Source: Gammaproteobacteria bacterium
Lineage (GTDB): Bacteria > Pseudomonadota > Gammaproteobacteria > Ga0077536
DNA: 64,000 bases
Assembly (NCBI GenBank): GCA_009692365.1
Contig: SHZJ01000017.1
Span: 6,771 to 70,770 of the forward strand
Reading direction: 5' to 3'
Below are positions 38,821-50,355 of the stretch, one piece after another. The position numbers were made by a program, and so were the translations under genes. The notes beneath the pieces were generated by a model. It was given only the letters and a program-made list of their open reading frames with translations. It ran no database searches and was not told where the DNA came from. Position 1 is the stretch's first letter, and every line of letters begins with the position of its first letter.

Positions 38821-40973
38821 GGCCGCAGCGCGCTGGCGTCGCCTGCCTGCAGGGCCCACAGTCGGGCGTACAAGCCTGGGCTTGCCAGCAGCGATGCATG
38901 CGTCCCCTGCTGCGCAATCCGACCGTTTTCCAGCACCAAAATGCGCTCGGCGAGTTGGACCGTGCGCAGCCGATGAGCGATAAGCAAAACCGTGCGGCCC
39001 CGCACGATTTGCGGCAAATTAGCGTGCAGAACCGCTTCAGTTTCATAGTCGAGGGCAGAGGTCGCCTCATCGAGGATCAAGATGCGGGGCTGGGTCACCA
39101 GGGCGCGCGCCAGCGCAATGCGCTGACGCTGGCCACCCGACAAACTGGCGCCGTGTTCACCCACTAGCGTGTTGTAACCCGCCGGCAGGGCCAGAATGAA
39201 CTCGTGGGCACCGGCCAGCCGCGCGGCGTGGATCACCGCGGCCAGCGGCAGTGAGGGATCGCGCAGCGCGATGTTTTCGCGCACCGAGCGGCTAAACAGC
39301 CGGTTTTCTTGGAGCACCACCCCGATCTGTCGGCGCAGCCACTCGGGGTCGAGCAGCGCCACATCCTGCGCGTCCACCCGCACGCAGCCCGCCTGCGGCA
39401 CCTGCAGCCGCTGGAGGAGACTGGCCAGCGTGCTCTTACCGCAACCCGAGGCGCCGACTAAGCCAATCACGCAGCCCGCCGGCACGCTAAAGCTAAGCCC
39501 GCGCAGGACATCTGGGCCCTCAGGGCGATAGCGAAATTGCACGTCCTCAAAGCTCACCGCCCCCAGCAAGGCTGGCAAGGCGGCCTGTCCGGGTTGATGC
39601 CGCCCCGGCTCTGGCAGCGCGTTGAGCACATCGCCCAAGCGCCGCACCGAAACCCCGGTCTGCTGGAAGTCTTGCCAACACTGCGCAACCCGCAGCACGG
39701 GCTGGGCGATCCGCGCGGCGATGAGAGTAAAAGCCACCAACTCCCCTACGCTGAGACTGGTCTGCAGGACCAGCCGTGCGCCCTGCCACAAAATGGCCAC
39801 CGTGGTGAATTTTTGCAGTAAGCCCGCCACTTGCGCGACCACGCTAGACAACGCGCCGGCGCGCAGACCCGCGCGGGTAGCGCCCGCCAGCAAGTGCTCC
39901 CATTGGACGCCAAAAACTCGTTCCACGGCGCCGGCCTTGAGCGTTGCAATGCCGCTCACGGCTTCCGTCAAAAAAGCCTGAGCCGCCGCGCTGCGCGTGA
40001 ATTTCTCCTCCAGACGCTGGCGAAAAATTGGCGTCGCCAACGCGGCCAGCAGCAGATGCGCTAAAAGCCCGGCCGCAACAATGGCCGACAACCCCGGGCT
40101 GTAGCACACCAGCAAGACAAAAAATCCGCCGGCGAAGGCGAGATCAAGACCGAGGGTCAAGGCCGCGCCGGTAAAAAATGTGCGAATGGTCTCGATCTCG
40201 CGCACCCGTGCCACCGTCTCGCCCATCCGTCGCGCCTCGAACCAGGCGAGCGGCAAGCGCAGGAGATGCTGGAACAGCGTCGCGCCCAACTGCACGTCGA
40301 TCCGATTGGTGGTGTGGGCCAGTACAAAGTGGCGCAGGCCACCCAGCAGCGCTTCAAAGAGCGACACCACCAACAGGCCAGCGCACAGCACATCGAGCGT
40401 TGCGAGGCGTTGGTGCACCAGCACTTTATCGATGATGACCTGAAAAAAAAGCGGCGCGGCGAGCGCCAATAGCTGGAGCATCAGGGAGGCCAGCAATACT
40501 TCGCCCAAAATGCCGCGATGGGCGTTCAGCGCAGGCAAGAACCAGCGCAAACCGAACGCGACCGGGGTGGTGGGCGCCGCCTCGCCACGCGTGAGCAGCA
40601 AGAGCTCGCCGGTCCAGCGCGCTAGAAAATCGGCGCGTGACACCAGCGTCGGGGGCGATCCCATCGCTTTGACCAACACCTGCTCAGCGCGCAGGCCGGC
40701 CAGAATCACCTGCTGGCCATCCACCAGGCGCGCCAGCGCCGGCAACGGCGTCACCGCCAGTCGGCGCCACACGCGCATCACGCGGCGGGCTTTCAGCCCC
40801 AACCAATGCGCCGCCAGTTCCAGTTCCCGCGGTTCGAGGGGCCCACTGGCCCGGCCGAACTCGTGGCCCAGCGCGGCTTCTTCGGCCGGCAGGCCGTGCA
40901 GTCTGGCAATGACGGTAAGACCGTGCAAACCGGTATCGGTCAGGGGCAGCAGCGTGGGCATCGGCAGGAACAT
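38817..40973 (-). CDS. Type I secretion system ABC transporter (HlyB family) with N-terminal C39-like domain, 6-TM domain and C-terminal ATPase
   Basis: Walker A (GLVGASGCGKST), ABC signature (LSGGQRQRIALARAL) and Walker B (ILILDEATSALD). The N-terminal ~130 aa resemble the HlyB C39-like domain, but no catalytic Cys is evident. Confidence 0.85.
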   Translation of the reverse strand: MFLPMPTLLPLTDTGLHGLTVIARLHGLPAEEAALGHEFGRASGPLEPRELELAAHWLGLKARRVMRVWRRLAVTPLPALARLVDGQQVILAGLRAEQVLVKAMGSPPTLVSRADFLARWTGELLLLTRGEAAPTTPVAFGLRWFLPALNAHRGILGEVLLASLMLQLLALAAPLFFQVIIDKVLVHQRLATLDVLCAGLLVVSLFEALLGGLRHFVLAHTTNRIDVQLGATLFQHLLRLPLAWFEARRMGETVARVREIETIRTFFTGAALTLGLDLAFAGGFFVLLVCYSPGLSAIVAAGLLAHLLLAALATPIFRQRLEEKFTRSAAAQAFLTEAVSGIATLKAGAVERVFGVQWEHLLAGATRAGLRAGALSSVVAQVAGLLQKFTTVAILWQGARLVLQTSLSVGELVAFTLIAARIAQPVLRVAQCWQDFQQTGVSVRRLGDVLNALPEPGRHQPGQAALPALLGAVSFEDVQFRYRPEGPDVLRGLSFSVPAGCVIGLVGASGCGKSTLASLLQRLQVPQAGCVRVDAQDVALLDPEWLRRQIGVVLQENRLFSRSVRENIALRDPSLPLAAVIHAARLAGAHEFILALPAGYNTLVGEHGASLSGGQRQRIALARALVTQPRILILDEATSALDYETEAVLHANLPQIVRGRTVLLIAHRLRTVQLAERILVLENGRIAQQGTHASLLASPGLYARLWALQAGDASALRP

Positions 40974-41116
40974 CCGTGTTCACAACTGCCGCGCAGCATG
41001 CCCGTAAACCCCTGTGTTGGGTGGCTAGCGCCCGCGCTGTCCCAGCGTCACGGGAAGAATTCCCGGTGCCAGCCAAGCCCCGCCGCCGGCAACCCTCGGA
41101 CGTCGCGCAAACCGCC

Positions 41117-42055
41117 CTACCAGACGAGCGCCTGGTCGAAGGCCAGCGCGTAGCGGGTGGCAAATTCCGCGCGGGTAAACCGATGGTTCTGGGTCCCCGC
41201 TTGTTCAATTTTGATGGCCCCCATCAGCGAGGCGATACGGGCAGTAACAGACCACTCCAGCGCGTGCATCAAACCGTAGAGGAGCCCGGCCCGATAGGCA
41301 TCGCCGCAACCAGTGGGGTCACACAGTTGCGCCGGTTTGGCGGGCGGAATGTGCAGCGTTTCGTGGGCTAGATAAACCGTCGATCCCGCCCCCCCACGGG
41401 TGACGATCAGGGCGCTAACTTGGTGGGCAATTTCTTCCAGCGTCCAGCCCGTACGCTCTTGCATGAGTTGCGCCTCGTAGTCGTTCACCGTGACCCAGGT
41501 GGCGTCTTTGATGAACTGCTTGAGGTCATCACCGTTGAACATCGGCAGGCCTTGACCCGGGTCAAAAATGAAGGGGATGCCGGCCCGTACAAACTCCTGC
41601 GCATGCTGGATCATGCCCGCGCGACCATCGGGCGCCAGAATGCCCAAGGTCACGCCCGACGCATCGCTGATCTGATTCTGGTGGGCCGCCTCCATGGCCC
41701 CAGGATGGAACACCGTGATCTGGTTGTCATCGAGGTCGGTGGTGATAAACGCCTGCGCGGTCAGCGTGCTTTCAATCACCCGGACATGTGTGCGGGGGAC
41801 GCCACAGGTATCCATCCACTGCGCGTAAGGCTCGAAATCGATGCCCACCGCACCCATCGGCAACGGATCACCGCCGAGCAATTTGAGGTTATAGGCGATA
41901 TTCCCGGCGCAGCCCCCAAATTCCCGGCGCAACTGCGGCACGAGAAAAGAGACGTTCAGGATATGAATTTTGTCCGGCAGGATGTGATTCTTGAAGCGGT
42001 CTTGGAAGACCATGATGTTGTCGTAGGCGAACGAGCCGCAAATCAGTGCCGACAT
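41117..42055 (-). CDS. PfkB-family carbohydrate/nucleoside kinase (ribokinase-like)
   Basis: Start at MSALICGSFAYD. N-terminal GG motif (REFGGCAGNIAYNL) and C-terminal anion-hole motif (DPTGCGDAYRAG). Confidence 0.75.
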   Translation of the reverse strand: MSALICGSFAYDNIMVFQDRFKNHILPDKIHILNVSFLVPQLRREFGGCAGNIAYNLKLLGGDPLPMGAVGIDFEPYAQWMDTCGVPRTHVRVIESTLTAQAFITTDLDDNQITVFHPGAMEAAHQNQISDASGVTLGILAPDGRAGMIQHAQEFVRAGIPFIFDPGQGLPMFNGDDLKQFIKDATWVTVNDYEAQLMQERTGWTLEEIAHQVSALIVTRGGAGSTVYLAHETLHIPPAKPAQLCDPTGCGDAYRAGLLYGLMHALEWSVTARIASLMGAIKIEQAGTQNHRFTRAEFATRYALAFDQALVW

Positions 42056-42177
42056 GACAGACCCTTTGGTTGCGTGAAAGGCGGCCATGGTGCCTGAGCT
42101 GCGGCTGGCACGCTACTTGGGGGCGCGGGCGCCAGCCCGCCGACCGTCGCGGTGACACGGCACGCCCCCGGCCTGCG

Positions 42178-43875
42178 TTATTGGGCGACCTCTACGCGAT
42201 TGCGGCCGTTTTTTTTGGCCTCGAAAAGCGCCGCATCCGCGCGCGCCACCAGCGTCTCCGGGGACTCGCCCAGGGCGGGATTGGCGCTCGCCACACCGAT
42301 GCTGACGCTCACCACCTCGAAGTGGGAGCTGGGATGCGGCAGAATCTTGGCCAACACCAACTGGCGGAGTGATTCCGCCACCTGCAGCGCCCCCGCGGAG
42401 TCGGTGGCTGGCAGCACCAGCGCAAATTCTTCGCCGCCATAGCGCGCCGCCACATCGCCCGGACGGCGCAGGCATTCGGTCATGGCGCCGGCCAAAATCG
42501 CCAGGCACGTGTCGCCCGCTGGGTGTCCAAGTCGGTCGTTGTACTGTTTGAACCAATCGACGTCGACCATGAGCAACGACAGCGCCTCCTGCGAGCGTTG
42601 GGCGGAACTCCAAGCACGCGGCAAGGCCTCATCGAACCCCCGGCGATTTAATAGCCCGGTTAAGTGGTCTAGCCGCGCCAGCTGTTGCAGCTTGGTGTTG
42701 GTTTCCTCGAGCTTCTGGGTGCGCTCCCACACCAGCTTTTCTAGCTCCCGATTGCGTTGACCCAAGCTGGCCATGTAGGCCCTGCGATGCCGTCGCCGGC
42801 GCACCACCAACAGCACTATGAGACTGCCCGCCGACGCGATAAGCACCGCTTGTACTGTTTTGATCACACTAACCTCGGCCGCGATATTTGCTTGGATAGT
42901 GCCTGCATCCAACCGGAAAATCGCCCACGCGCCCACCGCTGGCAAAGGCCCGAGCAGCAGGAAGTCAGTCCCCTCCCGGATGACCACCACCTCGGTGCCC
43001 GAGGCTTGCTTCAGGACGGCTAAAAAGCTGCTCGGAAGCTGCTCACCCGGCTCTGCGATCTTGCCCTCGGACATCCACATCGCGCCGTCGGTTTGCCCCA
43101 CATACATCGGATGTACCCGCCAACTACGCACCTCCGACGGGCGCATCATGTCTTGGAATAACTGTTCCAGCACCACGTCGTGACCCACCGATCCCGCCCA
43201 CACGCCGTCGCGAAAGAAGGGCGCCACGACGCTCACTAGCCACTTGCCAGCCACCGGATCGTAGAGCCGCGTGGTCCAGCGAACTCGGGCTTTAGGATTT
43301 TGCTCCGGCCCGGTTAGGGTCATCCATGGGGTGGCGCGATAGTCGGTAGTGACTGTGGCATTGAAGATAAACTGCGGCCACGCCGGCACGAAAATGATCT
43401 CGCCGCCAGACACGGGCAACACCCAGCTATTGATGACCGTCTCGTTGAGTGCGCCGAGTCCAAAAATTTCGGTGTTCCGCAGCGACCGCAAAAAAAACCG
43501 GCGGGTGTCGGGGTCAGCCGCCGCGCTAGCGGGCAGCCAGACCCCGGCGCTGCGGGTTGGATCAAAGCCCTCGCGCGAGCTGCGCCAGACCCCATCGGGT
43601 TCCGCCACCACTAGCGCCCCGAAATCTGCGCTTTCCTTTGCCAGTTCCGCGCTATCAACCGATATTAATTGGCCAAATCGGCCCGCGGTTTTCTCAGCCT
43701 CCAGCAGGCGGCTATTCAACTGCGCTAGCCCAAAGCTGATATCGGCGCGCTGCTCGTGCACGATGCCGTCAATGAGGTAGCGTGAGAGGCGGGTTTCCAC
43801 TGCATAGGAGCCCAAGGCGGCGACCCCCACGCTGAGCACCACGATCGCAATGTCTTTTGCAGTGGCTAATCTCAT
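42178..43875 (-). CDS. Membrane diguanylate cyclase: TM helix, periplasmic sensor (Cache-like) domain, TM helix, GGDEF domain
   Basis: Start at MRLATAKDIAIVVLSV, with GGGGAG 7 nt upstream. The GGDEF domain contains RYGGEEF. Confidence 0.8.
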   Translation of the reverse strand: MRLATAKDIAIVVLSVGVAALGSYAVETRLSRYLIDGIVHEQRADISFGLAQLNSRLLEAEKTAGRFGQLISVDSAELAKESADFGALVVAEPDGVWRSSREGFDPTRSAGVWLPASAAADPDTRRFFLRSLRNTEIFGLGALNETVINSWVLPVSGGEIIFVPAWPQFIFNATVTTDYRATPWMTLTGPEQNPKARVRWTTRLYDPVAGKWLVSVVAPFFRDGVWAGSVGHDVVLEQLFQDMMRPSEVRSWRVHPMYVGQTDGAMWMSEGKIAEPGEQLPSSFLAVLKQASGTEVVVIREGTDFLLLGPLPAVGAWAIFRLDAGTIQANIAAEVSVIKTVQAVLIASAGSLIVLLVVRRRRHRRAYMASLGQRNRELEKLVWERTQKLEETNTKLQQLARLDHLTGLLNRRGFDEALPRAWSSAQRSQEALSLLMVDVDWFKQYNDRLGHPAGDTCLAILAGAMTECLRRPGDVAARYGGEEFALVLPATDSAGALQVAESLRQLVLAKILPHPSSHFEVVSVSIGVASANPALGESPETLVARADAALFEAKKNGRNRVEVAQ

Positions 43876-43983
43876 GGCCGAGCTCCCCGCGGTTGACCTT
43901 AACCCTGCGCATCGATCCACCGGTATCTGCCCTAGACGGGTCTGACGCATCATGCACCATACCACGGTCAGGTGGGCGCCCAA

Positions 43984-46821
<2,838 letters not shown>

Positions 46822-46903
46822 GGGTGACGGGAAGGTGCTCGCTAGCCTGATGAAACGGCGGGCAGGTAATATACGGGCATTCCAATCTTCCCGGCAAAAC
46901 GAA

Positions 46904-46915
46904 TTCACTTGTGAA
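46904..46915. promoter_or_regulatory. Perfect 12-bp palindrome TTCACTTGTGAA in the uvrA / MFS-ssb divergent promoter region (candidate operator)
   Basis: Seen directly in the sequence, about 83 bp upstream of the uvrA ATG on the opposite strand and 14 bp upstream of the MFS ATG. No canonical CTGT-N8-ACAG LexA box is present. Confidence 0.3.
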
Positions 46916-46928
46916 CAACGGCGACCCA

Positions 46929-48122
46929 ATGACCCCCACCGAGTGGCGGACGGCATTCGCCCTCGCGGCGGTTTTTTTCATGCGGATGCTCGGCCTGTTC
47001 ATGGTCGTGCCGGTACTCGGGCGCTACGTCAGACATTTCGAGGCCGCGACGCCGCTGTTGATTGGGCTCGCGCTGGGCATTTACGGCGCAACCCAGGCGG
47101 TCCTGCAAATTCCGTTCGGCCGGTGGTCCGACCGCATAGGTCGTAAACCGGTGATCAGCGCGGGGCTAGTGGTGTTTATCGCGGGCAGCCTTCTGTGCGC
47201 CTTGGCCGCCAGCGCGGCCAGCATCTGGGGCGTGGTGATCGGGCGCGCTGTGCAGGGCGCGGGCGCGGTGTCAGGCACCACGCTGGCGCTGGCCGCCGAC
47301 CTCACCCGGGCGACGGAGCGCACGAAAACCATGGCCGTCATTGGCATTTGTATTGGCGCCGCGTTTTCGGTCGCCTTTGTGGTGGGCCCACTGCTAGACG
47401 CGCACTTTGGCTTAGCCGGGGTGTTTTTGGCGAGCGCGGTGCTGGGCGTGGCGGCGCTCGTCCTGCTGTGGGCCTGCGTGCCCACCCCACGCGTCGAGGA
47501 TCTCGATCCCGTGCGCGCGACCGACACCCCTGAATTCGCGGGGAATCAGTTCGAACTCTGGCGCCTGCAGATGGGCGTGTTGTTCCTGCATATGGCCCTT
47601 ACCGCCAGTTTTGTCTCGATTCCGGTGGTGTTGTCGCAAGAACTCTCGCTGGCCGCCAATCGCGATTTTGAAATCTACCTCCCGGTGCTGCTGCTCTCGG
47701 TGGTGGCACTGGGTCCCGCGCTGGCATTGGCGCGTCGCCCGGCGTGGAGCGCGCGGGTTTTTGCCGGCGCGATCCTCTGCCTGGGACTTGGGGAACTATT
47801 GCTGTGGCTAGTACCGGCCCGCGTCTGGCCCGTGGGTGCTGCCCTCACGCTGTTTTTTACCGGCTTCAATTTTCTGGAAGCTTCCCTGCCCAGCCAGATT
47901 TCCCGGGCGGCCCCGGCGGCCCGCAAAGGCGCGGCGCTGGGCGCCTACTCCACCGGCCAGTTCATCGGCATGTTTGTGGGTGGGGTCAGCGGCGGCTGGA
48001 TTGCCAGCCACCTCGGCACGCGCGGGGTTTTTGCCGCCGTGGCGTTACTGTGCCTGTGCTGGTGGGTGCTGGCCGTGCGCCAGCCTGCGACGCGCGCGCC
48101 GGTGGCCACCGCTAGCGCTTGA
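46929..48122 (+). CDS. MFS transporter
   Basis: About 12 TM segments and an MFS loop motif ([12 protein letters not shown]). Start taken at MTPTEW; the alternative GTG is at 46911. Confidence 0.75.
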   Translation: MTPTEWRTAFALAAVFFMRMLGLFMVVPVLGRYVRHFEAATPLLIGLALGIYGATQAVLQIPFGRWSDRIGRKPVISAGLVVFIAGSLLCALAASAASIWGVVIGRAVQGAGAVSGTTLALAADLTRATERTKTMAVIGICIGAAFSVAFVVGPLLDAHFGLAGVFLASAVLGVAALVLLWACVPTPRVEDLDPVRATDTPEFAGNQFELWRLQMGVLFLHMALTASFVSIPVVLSQELSLAANRDFEIYLPVLLLSVVALGPALALARRPAWSARVFAGAILCLGLGELLLWLVPARVWPVGAALTLFFTGFNFLEASLPSQISRAAPAARKGAALGAYSTGQFIGMFVGGVSGGWIASHLGTRGVFAAVALLCLCWWVLAVRQPATRAPVATASA

Positions 48123-48245
48123 AGCCCCCCCGCTTCGCCCCGCTGTGCTGGCGGGTTCTACGCACCGGCCGAGGCGTAGCTTAGAATCCTCATACCGCGC
48201 AAGGATGTGCGGCCCCTCACCTAACCAGACAAATGGAGAACACCC

Positions 48246-48764
48246 ATGGCTCGCGGCTTGAACAAAGTAATGCTCATCGGCAATCTCGGCGCCGATCCGG
48301 AAATTCGCTACGGCACGGGCGGCGGCAGCCAGATCACCAATATCCGGCTGGCCACCGCTGAATCCTGGCGCGATAAAGAAACAGGCGACCAGCAGGAGCG
48401 CACCGAATGGCACCGCGTGGTGTTTTTTGGGCGGCTGGCCGAGATCGCGGGTGAGTACCTAAAAAAGGGCTCGCAGGTGTACCTGGAAGGGCGGATCCAG
48501 ACCCGCAAATGGAACGACAAAGACGGCACGGAGCGCTATTCCACCGAAATCGTCGCCAGCGAAATGCAAATGCTGGGGGGCCGGGCCGGGAGTGGCGGGG
48601 GTGGCTTTGAAGCCCCCGCAGCTGGCCGCAGCGGTGGCGCGGGTGGCGGCTATGACGCCCCTCCGGCCGCCCGCAGTGGCGGCGGTGGCGGTGGTGGCGC
48701 GCGCGGCGGGGCCCGCGAGCCACCCTCGGCGCCCCCGGATTTCGACGACGACATTCCGTTCTAG
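48246..48764 (+). CDS. ssb: Single-stranded DNA-binding protein
   Basis: OB-fold N-terminus ([22 protein letters not shown] ... [14 protein letters not shown]), a Gly-rich linker and the acidic C-terminal tail DFDDDIPF. Confidence 0.95.
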   Translation: MARGLNKVMLIGNLGADPEIRYGTGGGSQITNIRLATAESWRDKETGDQQERTEWHRVVFFGRLAEIAGEYLKKGSQVYLEGRIQTRKWNDKDGTERYSTEIVASEMQMLGGRAGSGGGGFEAPAAGRSGGAGGGYDAPPAARSGGGGGGGARGGAREPPSAPPDFDDDIPF

Positions 48765-48786
48765 AACCAGCGCTGCGGGTCCACCC

Positions 48787-50241
48787 TCACACGCTCAACA
48801 ACGTGATCGTGGGCGTATTGAGCTCGCGATCGGCGTGAAAGCCCCGCACGAGCACGATGAAATCGCCGGGACCCGCGAGCCCCGCACGTTGCACCGCCCG
48901 CCGCGCCAACACGTTGGGATGGTCTTGCCCAGTGGCGGGGTCCAGCATCGGCACCGCGCCCCAGAGCAGACTCATGCGGCGGCAAGTGGCCGGCTCGGCA
49001 GACACCACCACCACCGGTGCGGCCGGACGCGCCGCGCACACGGTGGCGGCGGTCACGCCGCGGCTGGTAATCACCACCACCGCGCAGGCCTGCGTGTCGG
49101 CGACCAGTTGGGCGGTTGCGCTCGCCACCGCATCGCCCGCCGACACCTCACCGTGGGCTGCTGCCAGCGCCGCCCGCACCCCGCGGCGCCGGCTGTGCAA
49201 CTGGTAAGCCTCCGTCTGATAGACGATGCGGCTCATGATTTCGACCGTCTCAACGGCGAAAGCGCCCACCGCGGTTTCGCCGGAGAGCATCACCGCGTCG
49301 GCCCCGCTGGCGACCGCGTTGGAGACGTCGGTGACCTCGGCACGGGTGGGACGGGCGTTGGCGATCATGGACTCCAGCATTTGGGTAGCCACTATCACCT
49401 GCTTATCGTGGCGCCCCGCGAGTCGAATCAACTGGCGCTGCGCCGCGGGCACTTGTTCGGGGGGTAGTTCAACACCCAAATCGCCGCGCGCCACCATGAT
49501 GCCGTCGGCGGCCGCGAGAATCGCCGCGCTATTGGCCAGCGCTTCGGGCTTTTCAATCTTGGCGATGACCGCCGGCCGCGTTTCCGCCGGCCCCAGTAAA
49601 TCCAGCAGCGAGTCGACATCGGCGCGTTCGCGCACAAAGGACAGGGCGATGAAATCGACCGCCTGCGCGAGGGCAAACTGAGCATCCAGGCGGTCTTTGT
49701 CCGTGAGCGAGGGTGCCGACACCTGCACCCCCGGTAAGTTGATGCCCTTGTGGTCGCCGATGACCCCGCCCTGCACGACCCGGCAACGGACTTCTGTGCC
49801 CGCGATCGACAGCACGGTCAGTTCGGCGGCACCGTCGTTGAGCAAAATGCGATCGCCCGGCCGCACATCCGTTGCAAGGCCCGCGTACTGCGAAGAAATG
49901 AGTCCTGCGTGCCCCACCACCGCGCGGGTCGTGATCGTCGTTGCGGCATCCCGCAGCAGGGTTAGCGGGGTCACGGCGAATTGCCCCATGCGGATCTTGG
50001 GCCCGCACAAATCGGCGAGGATTGCCGTATGCGTGCCGAGCTTGGCCGCCTCGTGGCGGATCGTGGCGATCGCCGCGGCATGTTCAACGTGCGTGCCGTG
50101 CGACATATTCACGCGAAAAACATCGACCCCCGCGCCAATCAGGGCGCGCACCTGCGCCGGTTCGCGCGAGCGCGGGCCGATGGTGGCAACAATTTTAGTG
50201 GCCCGGTATTTGCGCAACTCAAAACTGGTCACGATCGACAT
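48787..50241 (-). CDS. pyk: Pyruvate kinase
   Basis: Start at MSIVTSFELRKYRATKIVATIGP. Conserved blocks include GVDVFRVNMSHG and MVARGDLGVE. About 485 codons. Confidence 0.9.
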   Translation of the reverse strand: MSIVTSFELRKYRATKIVATIGPRSREPAQVRALIGAGVDVFRVNMSHGTHVEHAAAIATIRHEAAKLGTHTAILADLCGPKIRMGQFAVTPLTLLRDAATTITTRAVVGHAGLISSQYAGLATDVRPGDRILLNDGAAELTVLSIAGTEVRCRVVQGGVIGDHKGINLPGVQVSAPSLTDKDRLDAQFALAQAVDFIALSFVRERADVDSLLDLLGPAETRPAVIAKIEKPEALANSAAILAAADGIMVARGDLGVELPPEQVPAAQRQLIRLAGRHDKQVIVATQMLESMIANARPTRAEVTDVSNAVASGADAVMLSGETAVGAFAVETVEIMSRIVYQTEAYQLHSRRRGVRAALAAAHGEVSAGDAVASATAQLVADTQACAVVVITSRGVTAATVCAARPAAPVVVVSAEPATCRRMSLLWGAVPMLDPATGQDHPNVLARRAVQRAGLAGPGDFIVLVRGFHADRELNTPTITLLSV

Positions 50242-50355
50242 GGATGGAAGCCTCACGCGTTGCGGACAGACCGGCGCAACTTCGCCGTGGCCGACAACAT
50301 AACCTCTTTTCGTGACGGCAAAGTTCTCTGCTGCAAACACGCCGGGCCACTAAAC

